Assembly (NCBI GenBank): GCA_951804945.1
Contig: OX638162.1
Span: forward strand, 36,828,001 to 36,892,000
DNA: 64,000 nucleotides
Source of the DNA: Podarcis cretensis
Lineage: Eukaryota
Direction of reading: 5' to 3'
The notes beneath the pieces were generated by a model. That model worked only from the letters and a program-made list of their open reading frames with translations. It was not told where the DNA came from and did no database searches. The translations under genes and the position numbers were made by a program. Shown here piece after piece: positions 1 through 10,522 of the stretch (positions are counted from its first letter, which is position 1; each line of letters starts with the position of its first letter).

Positions 1-213
1 GTCGGTGAGAGGAATGGCCTGGAGGGAAGGGGCATGACCTGGAAAGAGTCCCAAGGGCCAGACAGAGAGTGTTGGAGGGCCACATTCGGCCCCAAGGTCT
101 GAGTTTCCCTATCCCTATGGAAGACCGCTAAAGAAATAAATCGAGGGTGAAGGCCTGGGGTCTGCCTTGAAACCAGCTGAAATTCACAGAAATGAAAACC
201 CCAATAGAGCCTG

Positions 214-440
214 AGAGGCAGTGTGGTGTAGTGGTTAGAGTGTTGGACTAGGAGCCGGGAGGCCAGGGTTCAAATCACCACTCAGCCATGAAACCCAGTG
301 AGCTTGGGCCAGGCACTACTTCTCAGCCTAGCCTACCTCACAGGGTTGTTGTGAGGAGAAAATGGAGAGGGAGGAGAAAGATGTATGCCACCTTGACCTC
401 CTTGGAAGAAAAGTGGCGTATAAATAAAATAAAAATAAAC
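214..440 (+). mobile_element. tRNA-derived CORE SINE (MIR/Squam3-like)
   Basis: TGGTGTAGTGGTTAGAG A-box, GGGTTCAAATC B-box, CORE-like GGGTTGTTGTGAGGA and an A-rich tail. Related copies at about 2848-3075 (+), 15280-15480 (-), 24450-24650 (+) and 57340-57545 (+). Confidence 0.7.
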
Positions 441-570
441 AGAGCAATTGGGGCAAAATATCTACATGAGTAGGCTCGGGGTGAGGATCAGGCCCCTTCA
501 AAGCACACATTGAATAACAATTCCCAAGTGCCGGCTGCCTTTCCATCCCTTTGATGCGCCAGTGACTGAC

Positions 571-690
571 CTGCAATCCCAAAACTGTAGGCTCCAGTGG
601 TGCCTGGGATCCGGAACGGTGGCGGAGTGTACTTCTGGAAGAGAGGGCCCCACTCCGTGAAGTTGTTGTCCCCAAAGAAGTAGAGTGTTT
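571..690 (-). CDS. JMJD8: JMJD8 coding exon 6
   Basis: CTTGCAG acceptor, TLYFFGDNNFTEWGPLFQKYTPPPF...YSFGIA, GTCAGT donor, 120 nt. Confidence 0.95.
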
Positions 691-3459
691 CTGCAAGGAG
701 GAGAGAGAGCACAACCGTAGACCTTTACTTAACAGAAAAAACATCCTGTAATCAAGTTTGTGTCCCGTTCCGAAAGCAAACTGTTGGATTTTCATGACGG
801 TGGGACATGTTCAGTCCCTTGAACAAAGAGCTGGGCTGAGAAGAGAAGCTTAGCCTTCCTGTTGCGCCAGCAGCAAGTGGAGCCTTGCTGTCTCAACAGC
901 AAAACGGTGGCACTGCCAGTTGTGCAGGGAGGAGAGAAGAAGAAGAAGAGTTTGGATTTGATATCCCGCCTTTCACTCCCTTTAAGGAGTCTCAAAGCGG
1001 CTAACAATCTCCTTTCCCTTCCTTCCCCTACAACAAACACTCTGTGAGGTGAGTGGGGCTGAGACTTCAGAGAAGTGTGACTGGCCCAAGGTCACCCAGC
1101 AGCTGCATGTGGAGGAGCAGAGACGCGAACCCGATTCACCAGATTACGAGTCTGCCGCTCTTAACCACTACACCAAGGAATCGGCCCCTGAATACGACCC
1201 ACCAGGGACTGCATGGCAGGATGGAGGCCAAGCTCAGCTCTTGAGGCAGGAGTTAAAAAGCAGGGGAAGCAATTCTAGAGTAGGATTGCATCTATTAATC
1301 CTGTAGTTGGCAAGGGAAAAGCCAGGGCATGGGCAAGGTGGCTGGATTGGGTGCAAAAGAGGTTTGTGCAGCATCAGTAAAAACTAAAGGCAGCATATAG
1401 ACAGGGCACCTAGGATTCCTGGAGGGGCAGTATTAGCTGAAGGAGGCTAAGGGAGAGCAAGGAGGCTGCTCCAATGCTCCTGTGACTTCTGAGCTGTCCC
1501 TATATTCTCCCCTTAGCCTCCAAGAACAAAACAGTACCGAAGACGATAGGAAAAGCCTGCTGGATCAGACCAATGGCCCGTCTAGTTCAGCATCCTCGTC
1601 TCACAGTGGCCAACCTGTTGCCTATGTGAACGTCCCAGAGCCCTCTCCCCTCCTGAAATTTCCAGCAACTGGTATTCAGAAGCATTACTGGCTCTAGAAG
1701 TGGAGGCAGAGCTGAGCCACCATGTCTAGTAGCCATTGGGAATCTGCCCAATCCTCTTTTAAAGCCATCCAAGTTGCTGACCCTCATTGCCTCCTATGGG
1801 GACAAGTTCCGTAGTTTCACTAAGCACTGCATGAGCAAGTCCTTCTTTTCATCCGCCCCGAATCTTCCAGCGTTCAGCTTCATCAGACAGCCCCAAGCTC
1901 TAGTGTTGTGGGAAGCCCTACTCACCACTCCCCAAAGAGGTCTGGTCCTGCGGCTCCAGCAATTGATCCACATACTCCTGGAAGGGCAGGTCAACTGAAA
2001 AAGGAAGTCAGTGATGCTGAATGTAGGCAATGGGAATGCATCTCCCTCAAAGAGCTGTCCTACTTGGCACGAGACCAGAGATGGAGGAGACCTGTGGCCC
2101 TCCAGGTGTTTCTGAAAACAACTATCACCTCTAAACTGAAGGAGCATCTCCACCCCCATCGTTCCGCCCGGACACTGAGGTCCAGCACAGAGGGCCTTCT
2201 GGCAGTTCCCTCACTGTGAGAAATGAAGCTACAGGGAACCAGGCAGAGGGCCTTCTCAGTAGTGGCGCCCGCCCTGCGGAACGCCCTCCCATCAGATGTC
2301 AAGGAAATAAACAACTATCTGACTTTTAGAATACATCCGAAGGCAGCCCTGTTTAGGGAAACTTTTAATGTTTGATGGATTACTGTACAGTCATACCTCT
2401 TGTTACGTTTGCTTCATGTTACGTTCTTTCAGGTTACGTCCCGCAGCGACCCGGAAGTACTGGAAAGGGTTACTTCTGGGTTTTGCCACTCATGCATGCG
2501 CAGACGCGCAAAATGACATCACACGCATGCGCAGATGCAGGTTGCATTCCTTTCATGTTGCAAATGGGCCTCCGGAATGGATCCCGTTCACAACCAGAGG
2601 TACCACTATATTTTAATATTTTGTTGGAAGCCGCCCAGAGTGGCTGGGGAAGCCCAGCTAGATGGGCGGCGGGGTATAAATAATAAATTATTATTATTAA
2701 ACACTGGCTCTGCTGGCTGGGGATGATGGGACTTTGGAGTCCAACAACATTCAGAGAGCCACAGGTTCCCCACCTATGAACTACTGACCATTTTCCATTC
2801 ACAGTGGAGCAACTGGCCTTCTGCAGGTCCACAGGCTGCAGCTTCAGAGCCAGTTTGTTGTAGTGGCGAGTGTCAGAATAGGACCTGGCAGACCAGAGTT
2901 CAAATCCCAGCACAGCCAGGAAACAAATTTGGTGACTTGGGCCAATCAGGCCTTCTCAGCCTAACCTCCCTAAGAAGGTTGTTGTGAAGATTACTAGAGA
3001 ATGGGAGAACCACGTAGGCCACCTTGAGCTCCTTTGGAAGAAAGGTGGTTGATCTAAATGTAATTGCAAACAAACGATTCCTTAAGTCCGGCAGCAGTTT
3101 CAGGCTCCAAGCAGAATTACTACTGTAAAACTAACTCCAGGCCAGTGCTGGTGGCTTGATTCAACTGAAACAGAGGGAGGCTGAAAAAAGGTGCGTTTGG
3201 TGGCTGGGCGAGGTTGGAAGTTGGCTGCTAATTCCTATCCTCTTTACTTCATTATAGCTGCTCCCCTTCATATCATGCAACTCAATGGAACCAGGAAATT
3301 GACTAGACTAGACTGTAAACAGCTTCTGGTTCAGTCACGTTCACTCTTAAGGGGAACAATTGTATAGCTTTAACCAATTTTCATTTCCACTGTAACTGTG
3401 TTCTTTACACAGTGAATAGTGATTTATGTAATTAAGTGGCAGAGAAATGTCCTAAATAA

Positions 3460-3502
<43 letters not shown>

Positions 3503-6500
3503 CACTTTTTAAAAGGTTCTTGAAAAAGGTTCGTTCATCCTTTCACAGACTTAATATATATTTTTAAGCCCTTGAAAAACTGCTTCAGATGTGGAAAAGT
3601 ATGAAGAAGCTGCAGGAAAGGCAAGAAAGGACATTGGGTCACGGACCACAAAAAGTTTCCTTTTCTGCCTCCACTCCTCCTCCGCTCCTAGTAATTTCAA
3701 ATAGCTTTCTTTAATTGAATTGCAAATGTTATTTTTATGATTGCTTTTATATGCAGCCTTGGAAAAGCAAACATTCAGCTTGGTGTGCGTGCCTATATAT
3801 CCAACCCAATTATCGCATGTGTTTGTAAGGGGTCCACAACCTTTGGGGTTCTGTGGAAAATTTAGAAATCTAAGGCCAATCTAATAGTTAGGAATTTGGA
3901 AAAATAATCATCGTCATCATGGTTGGGTTGGTTTTTTTTTTGCAATTGTCCTCAATGCTATGGAGTCTCTCATTTTGTGCTGCCAGCCACTTTTATCAAT
4001 ATATGAATACTGGCACCTCTTTTTTTTTTTTTTTTTTAACCAAAGAGCAGTAGTGGTAAATAGCAGGACTACTACTACTGCTGCTTGTTGTTGTTGTTTA
4101 GTCGTTTAGTCGTGTCCGACTCTTCATGACCCCATGGACCAGAGCACGTCAGGCACTCCTGTCTTCCACTGCCTCCCGCAGTTTGGTCAAACTCATGCTG
4201 GTAGCTTCGAGAACACTGTCCAACAATCTTGTCCTCTGTCATCCCCTTCTCCTTGTGCTACTACTACTACTACTACTAATAATAATAATATCAAGTAAGA
4301 ACAGCGTCCTTTATAATGAGAGTGCCAGATCTGGGCCAAGCTGCACGGCTCAAGCCCAGCCCACTCCAGTTCCTTCCAGAAAGCATCTTGGCCACCCTGC
4401 CCTCACCTTTGCGGTAAGAATAGGTGTTGGCGGTGCTAAGACGGACAGGGCGGTCCCCAAACCTGGTCAGCAGCTTGTCCTTGGTACATTGGGCCTGGAA
4501 CTCCTGTAGGTAACAGAAGGAGATAAGAGTAGAATCAGAGTTGGAAGGAATCTCGAAAGATCCCAGATTCAAATCCTGCATCTCCAGATACCACTGGGGG
4601 AAAACTCCTCTCTGAAAACTTGGCCAGCTGCTGACAGCATTGACAGTGCTGAGCTAGATGGACCGATGATCTACTTTGGCATAATAAGGCAACTTCCTGT
4701 GTTCCTAAAGGGCCACAGCTCAGTAGCAGAGCATCTGTTTGCTTTGCATGCAGAAGATCTTAGGTTAAATCCCCAGAGGTCTCTGGGTGCAGGACTGGGA
4801 GAGACACAGGCCTGAGACCTTGGAGATCCAGCTTATGAAATTCGGCCAGCACCAAGTCTTCTTTCTAATGTTTAACCCGAATGTGCAGTTTTGGGGACAC
4901 TCACCGAGTTGTCTGTTATTCCTTGGAGTATAACTGGCCGAGAGAAGGCATACCTAAGAAGCAAATAAGACAGGTACAGCTGTTGTATGCAAAGGCAGAT
5001 CTAGGGGAAAGTGACCAGTGCAATCTCACTGGGTACAGAGCTTCTGGGGTGCTGCAGGGGGCGCCGCAACTATGACATCCAACAGAAGGCAAGAGATGGG
5101 GGGGGGTGGCTTGCCGGATTTTGGCACTGCACAGGTGCCACTGAAATCTGAGACACCAACGTCAGCCACTGTTGTATATAACAGGCAGCTCTTATTTTCG
5201 TTTCATTTATGCACTGCCTATAAAACATCTCAAAGCGATTTAACAATAAAAACACAGTTCCAACAATCTTACATTTAAAAAACAATTGCATATATTAAAA
5301 CATTTCATGTCAAATGGGAAGGCATGCAAGAAGTCACAGGGTCAATGGCATCTCCAGGGAGGGCTAAAAATGCCCCCTGCTTGAAACCCAGCAGAGCTAC
5401 TGCCAGCCAGTGCAGACAATATGGAGCTGGATGAACCAAGGAAACTGACTAGATATAAGGTAACTTCCTATGTACAGATGCAGATGGGGATGAAAACCTC
5501 CACTTTCAAGGAGAAAAAGGAAGATTTTGAAGAGGCACCATAACAACAACAAAGACACGCCTGTCATTATTCCTGGCTGGAATTCAATCAAGTACATGCA
5601 AATTCATGTTGAGCAGATATAGCTGATTGGGAGGTCTTGTGGAACAGACCTGAGGAAGTTCAGTCTTTTTGAGATAAGCAAAGTGATGAGGAAATGTACT
5701 TGAAATGTACTTGCTTATCTGGCTTATCACCAAACAGATCAGAATGAATGCTAATTAAATAGCCAACATCCTCTAATGTCTTGGCAAACAAATCAGGATG
5801 AATGCTTAGCCAACACATCATTCTGGAAGTTCCCTAAGATTCAACACTATATTTATAATAGGAACAGGGAACCTATGGCACCTCAGATGCTGTCCAAGGA
5901 ATAAAGCAGGGTATCATGTGGCTACTCAGTGGGTCTTACTTCTGAGTAGGCACACACAGGACTGTGCTGCTCATAAACAGCAAAAAGGTCACCTGTGATA
6001 ACCTTGTATATATGTGGAAAAGGATGGAAACCCTCCAAGCCTGGATAGCCAGGCATTTAAAGGTTTTTGTCCTGGCAACCTTGAAATTATTAGTCTAAGA
6101 ATAGGTGATTGCTTTTAGGAGTTATAAACTTCTTTTTAGATGGCTGTTTTGCACTGTTTCTTTTCTTTTTAAAAATTATCTGTGTTACTATTGATATGTT
6201 TGCTGGCTCCTTTGAAGGAAGGTGCAGGTATAATGAAGATGATGATTTCATAGACCTCTCCCTCCCTCCCTTCCCAAGAGTGTGGACCCCACCTCCAGCC
6301 CCCTGATTATGACCAAAACAGGTAAGCAGAAAAAAACACCCCTGCCACTTACTGTTCAATGAACTGGGAGTAGGTTAGTGTGGCATCCCTCCTCTCAATG
6401 GTACAGCTGTCTTCTTCCATTAACGCAGAGTGGCTGCTTGTCAACCTGAGGGGAGAAGAGGTGGAGAAAGGCAGTCCTTAAAATACAGGATATTTTTCAT

Positions 6501-7557
6501 ATCCATTGATAGCAGGGGCGAGGAGCCTTTTTACAGCTGAGGGCCTCATTCTCTCAAGGGTAATCTTTCTGGGGGCAGCATGTTATTATTATTAGATTTT
6601 TTTTAAATAAAAAATTGTGTGTGCCACCCTTCATCCAAAGATCTCAGGATGGTTCACAGCATAAAAATACAGAAATGCCCCCCCCCCCCGAGTACATAAT
6701 AAAAACCAAGAACAGAATCAAAACAAAACAAAAACCTATATTTAAAAGGACACAGAGTGTTAGGCAGCCAAAGGCCTTGTTGAAGAGGAACTGTTTTCAC
6801 CTGCTGCCTAAAGATGTATAATGAAGGCGCCAGGCGAGTCTCCCTGGGGAATGCATTCCACAAATGGGGAGACACTGCAGAAAAAGCCAGTTTTCGTGTT
6901 GCCAGACCTCTTGTGGAGGAGGCACATGAAGAAGGGCCTCAGATGACGAATGCAGGGTAGGGGCAAGGCAAGGCCAAACCAATAAAAGGTGGATACAGAG
7001 CATTCCCCCCCTCTCTCCCTGACACTCCCCATTCCCCTCCGACACCCCCTATTCTCTGACACCCCTATTCTCACTTCCCCTCTCTCTGACTCCCCCTGAA
7101 TGAATCAGACCTGAGCACTTGAAAACCAGCTCCAGCTCATTCTTTGTTTCCACATTCTACAGGTCCTGCTTTCTCAAGGCTATTAACACAGTAACAACAA
7201 GGTCATGCTAAAGTGATCACAATTAAAGTTTAACAAATAAAGACACGTTCCTAAAGCGGGGAAAGAAGACTGTGCAACAATGAATGATTTAAACAAACAA
7301 ACAAACAAACAAAAACAGGCCATTGGTTGAAATTGAGGCAAAAATGTGATAAAGGAGGATGGGAGCCTTTCAAAATGTGAGTTCATGCATGAAGGGATTT
7401 ATATACGAGGGAGAAGCCACCCAATTCTCACTGATCCATTTTTTGACTTTGTACCTACTCACCAGCCTCCATCAGTGTCCAGCAATGCTAAATATCCAGG
7501 CAGAAGGAAGATCATCAAGAAGGGGAAGAGCAAAAAGCGCTGGCCCCTGGGTCCCAT
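571..7557 (-). CDS. JMJD8: JMJD8 (JmjC domain-containing protein 8), 5' partial gene: coding exons 7463-7557, 6353-6445, 4905-4953, 4407-4503, 1926-1994, 571-690; continues left of the window
   Basis: Spliced translation MGPRGQRFLLFPFLMIFLLPGYLALLDTDGGW-LTSSHSALMEEDSCTIERRDATLTYSQFIEQ-YAFSRPVILQGITDNS-EFQAQCTKDKLLTRFGDRPVRLSTANTYSYRKV-DLPFQEYVDQLLEPQDQTSLGSE-TLYFFGDNNFTEWGPLFQKYTPPPFRIPGTTGAYSFGIAG matches recalled human JMJD8 (signal peptide, VRLSTANTYSY, TLYFFGDNNFTEW). All introns are GT-AG with consistent phases. Confidence 0.95.
933..1177 (-). mobile_element. Squam3-like SINE
   Basis: Minus strand begins TTGGTGTAGTGGTTAAGAGCGGCAGACTCGTAATCTGG (tRNA-like head) and ends in a (CTT)n tail. 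Confidence 0.7.
1545..1916 (-). mobile_element. CR1 LINE 3' fragment
   Basis: Minus frame encodes SNLDGFKRGLGRF (CR1 ORF2 C-terminus), followed by a CR1-type 3' UTR. Confidence 0.65.
1926..1994 (-). CDS. JMJD8: JMJD8 coding exon 5
   Basis: TTTTTCAG acceptor, DLPFQEYVDQLLEPQDQTSLGS, GTGAG donor, 69 nt. Confidence 0.94.
2135..2698 (+). mobile_element. L2 LINE 3' end, interrupted by a MITE
   Basis: HLHPHRSARTLRSSTEGLLAVP...RAFSVVAPAL motif and (TAT)n tail; an uninterrupted sister copy lies at 36371-36530. Confidence 0.75.
2388..2608. mobile_element. Tc1/mariner (pogo/Tigger-like) MITE
   Basis: Imperfect TIRs CAGTCATACCTC...GAGGTACCACTA flanked by TA duplication (2386-2387, 2609-2610). Confidence 0.75.
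3462..3502. repeat. (AAT)n microsatellite
   Basis: Direct reading. Confidence 0.9.
4085..4258 (-). mobile_element. BovB (RTE) LINE 3' end
   Basis: Reverse complement of ...CCATGGGGTCATGAAGAGTCGGACACGACTAAACGACTAAACAACAAC, embedded in a (CTA)n repeat. Confidence 0.85.
4407..4503 (-). CDS. JMJD8: JMJD8 coding exon 4
   Basis: CTACAG acceptor, EFQAQCTKDKLLTRFGDRPVRLSTANTYSYRK, GTGAG donor, 97 nt. Confidence 0.95.
4905..4953 (-). CDS. JMJD8: JMJD8 coding exon 3
   Basis: TTCTTAG acceptor, YAFSRPVILQGITDNS, GTGAGT donor, 49 nt. Confidence 0.92.
6353..6445 (-). CDS. JMJD8: JMJD8 coding exon 2
   Basis: CTCAG acceptor, EEDSCTIERRDATLTYSQF, GTAAGT donor, 93 nt. Confidence 0.92.
6585..6960 (-). mobile_element. 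L2 LINE 3' fragment
   Basis: Minus frame HLWNAFPRETRLAPSLYIFRQQVKT is typical of the L2 ORF2 end. Confidence 0.65.
7463..7557 (-). CDS. JMJD8: JMJD8 coding exon 1 (signal peptide)
   Basis: ATG at 7557, hydrophobic FLLFPFLMIFLL, ends DGG(W) before a GTGAGT donor. An in-frame ATG 21 nt upstream is an alternative start. Confidence 0.85.
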
Positions 7558-8299
7558 CTGCTCCAAAATCCTACACATCTGTCATTCCAAGCAGTGATCC
7601 TTTGTAGGCTGAGGTTGCAGTGGGAGAACCTTGTGATCAACCTCCTTCAGGAAAAATGCTTTAAGGCCAGGTGCTCAGCTGCATCTGGAAGATGGTAGAG
7701 TGCGGGGAGCAGTTTATACACAAGAAAAGATCCAGGTTCAAATTTACACTCAGCTGTGAAACTTCCTATAAGGAAGGCCATAAGGAAGGCGGACCCTCTC
7801 GGTTGATACTGTACCACAAGGGGTGGTTGATAAGGTTGACTGTTGCATGAGAATTGGCCACCTCACAGGATCATTCCAAAATACTCATCCAGCAACCCTG
7901 GCTGCTTCAGTACACTGCTTAACACCTTTCCTTTTCCCATAACGAGGGGGATTAAAAAAGATGCAAAATTATAAAGTGCATGTAAGTGCATTATATTTTC
8001 ATACCCATGCTAGAGCGTTCAGATTGTGATAGTGTGTGTCCCCCCTACTTTACAAAGGACAGCCCTCTGCTGAAGGGCTGCCTGGTCCCATTGTAGCTGA
8101 AAGGTAGAAAAACCCCAAACCCCATCAGAAGCAAGAGCAGTGTGGGGAGGGCTTGAACTTGCCCACCCCGAAACCGCAGGCAGGCAGCTGACCTGGCCAG
8201 TTTCCCCCCACTATGGCGAGATGCGTTTTATTCCTGGTTTAAATCACAGCAATTATTTCTACATTTGCATCTGTATGCATAAATTGCCACTTGCAAATT

Positions 8300-8800
8300 G
8301 TAGGCAAATCTGTATCCTCGTTTGCCGCCGCGCAACTCCCGGCGCTGCATTTCCCCTTTCTTAGAGACACGTAAGCGGCTTCATCGGACTGATGGCGAGC
8401 CGACGGTCTCTAGACGCTCCTCCCGCCTCTCTCCTCCCTGCATCCCTCCACCTGCTCGGCCCACCTGTGTCTCCATCCCTCCCGCTTTACCTCGCCTTCC
8501 TTTTACCACGCCGGTAAGCCCCCTGGAACGGGCAACCCTTCCTCGCCCCTTTGGATCTGGGAATTGTAGTCCGTACGTTGCAGCCACTCCGGGAAACGGA
8601 GTCCTCACCGTGAGAACCTCTCGGCTTCCCAGCCAGGCAACACCCAACATAATTTCTCGCGACGGTGGCCGCTTTCCAAGTTGGAAATGTGCAAAAATTA
8701 ATCCCAGCTGTAGCAGCGCAGGAAAGGAGGAAGAACTACATTACCCAGCAGGCACAGAGGTAAGCCAAAGGGAGACACCCCCCCCCGCAAAAGAATGTCG
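8300..8800. promoter_or_regulatory. CpG-island promoter of JMJD8 with two opposed ZNF143/THAP11-type motifs
   Basis: Local CpG/GC enrichment about 0.8-1.2 kb upstream of the JMJD8 ATG. ACTACAATTCCCAG on minus (8557-8570), ACTACATTACCCAGCAGGCA on plus (8735-8754), and TCTCGCGA at about 8655-8662. Confidence 0.7.
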
Positions 8801-9108
8801 AAAGCCGGCTGTTTTGGTATTGGATACAAGGGCTAAGACTACATCACCCACAAAGCATTGCAGCTGAAACGCGCACCCTTTCTTCTCTCGACTCACACGA
8901 GTTTTCCCTCTGTACTCTTACCAGAGAGGGTGGCGTTGTATGGAAGAGAACGTAGCATCCCAAAACCACACATATTCTTTGCCCTGCTGGAGAGCTCGTC
9001 GTGTTAGAATGTGCCACGACTGGAAAGCCCACAGTCACGTTACCTCAGTGTGGGCTTGCTTCTCCTAATGCACACCTCCTGATAATTTGTGATTCAAATA
9101 AAAATTAC

Positions 9109-9465
9109 ATTGATGCTTTTGAATTATGTTGCTGGAGGAGACTCTTGAGAGTCCTATGGACTGCAAGATCAAATGCATCCATTCTTAAGGAAATCAGCCC
9201 TGAGTGCTCACTGGAAGGACAGATCGTGAAGCTGAGGCTCCAATACTTTGGCCACCTCATGAGAAGACTCCCTGGAAAAGACCCTGATGTTGGGAAAGAT
9301 GGAGGGCACAGGGAGAAGGGGACGACAGAGGATGAGATGGTTGGACAGTGTTCTCGAAGCTACAAACATGAGTTTGACCAAACTGCGGGAGGCAGTGGAA
9401 GACAGGAGTGCCTGGCGTGCTCTGGTCCATGGGGTCACAAAGAGTCGGACACGACTAAACAACAA
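9109..9465 (+). mobile_element. BovB (RTE) LINE 3' fragment
   Basis: IDAFELCCWRRLLRVLWTAR..SILKEISPECSLEGQIVKLRLQYFGHLMR / LGKMEG..RRGRQRMRWLD; frameshifted; (CAA) tail. Confidence 0.9.
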
Positions 9466-9639
9466 AAAGTTTTTGCCCATTGGGGGAGAAATCCAAACAT
9501 TGAAGAAGTATAATCAAATAGTTTTGGGATCCCTTAAGACTAACACATTTATGGTACAGCCTGATGAAGGTACAAATATACATGTTTGTGAGGATTGCAG
9601 TGAGGTCAGAGGGAAAGGAAGCACAGAAAAGTACAGGTG

Positions 9640-10215
9640 GTGACAATTGCCTTATTAACAGGTTAGACTACTGCAACACGTACATGGGGCTGCCTTTGAG
9701 GCTGGCTAGGAAACAACAGCTGGTGCAGGAAGCAGCTGCTAGGCTGTTAACGGGGACAAAACATGAATGCTTAACTCTGGTTCTGGTCTGACTGCACTCT
9801 CCACCAATTTGTTTCTGGTCTCAAAAGTGCTGGTACTGTATTGACTTTTAGAGCTGTATATGGTTCAGAACACCTATAACCAAAGAGCTGCCTTTCCCTT
9901 TATGAATCCATATGGACCCTGAAATTGTCATATGCCATTTTTTGCATGCTTCCTCCAAGGGAGGTCTAGAGGGTAGCAATGATAGAACAAACCATTTCTG
10001 TAGTAGATCCCCACCCCTAGGGAGTGCTCTCTCCAGGGAGGCTTTCCTGGAACCAACTTTTGTCATTTTGGCAGCAAAGACATCACCCCCTGCAGTGGAC
10101 ATTTGGGTACCAGTGACTGGATGCTTACACATTTTTAGTATGTATTTTATTCTTTTCGTAGATCACTTGGAGGCTTTTCATTGTGACAAGCAATTAAAAA
10201 ATGTAATAAACCTAA
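9640..10215 (+). mobile_element. Degraded L2 LINE
   Basis: RLDYCNTYMGLPLRLARKQQLVQEAAARLL (L2 ORF2 motif). Confidence 0.65.
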
Positions 10216-10434
10216 GCAAACCATTCTCACCCAAAATGTTTGATAGCACAATCCTTCATCAGTAACTCATTTAAGACATGTAGCATGATATAGTGTGTAC
10301 ACAGCCCACAAGTGATAGCACTGAACCTCTTGAAATACTGCAATTCAAAGGCTTCACAATCTGCCTTTGAAGTTCCTTTTCCCAGTAATGGTTACCTTCA
10401 GATCAGCTGCAGACTGTTCTGGGAGACTAAAATG

Positions 10435-10522
10435 CATAGCTGTCAACTTTTCCCTTCTTGTGAGGAACCCTATTGGGAATAAGGGAATTTCCCTTTAAAA
10501 AAGTGAAATGTTGACAGCTATG
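10435..10522. mobile_element. 88-bp hAT-type MITE
   Basis: TIR CATAGCTGTCAAC/GTTGACAGCTATG; 8-bp TSD CTAAAATG/CTCAAATG; sister copy at 53693-53783. Confidence 0.75.

Noticed and set aside
214-290. tRNA-like A/B boxes here and at several SINE heads
   Set aside because: They run on into SINE bodies and lack a complete cloverleaf; not tRNA genes.
5672-5720. Inverted repeat AGATAAGCAA/TTGCTTATCT enclosing GTGATGA (box C-like)
   Set aside because: No box D CTGA before the 3' stem, too short, and antisense to the host gene JMJD8; not a C/D snoRNA.
7005-7100. Degenerate CT-rich tandem repeats (possible array)
   Set aside because: Low-complexity minisatellite without unique spacers; CRISPR is not applicable to vertebrate DNA.
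8322-8867. 181-aa plus-strand ORF
   Set aside because: Non-ATG start, Pro-rich, coincides with the JMJD8 CpG island; no recognisable domain.
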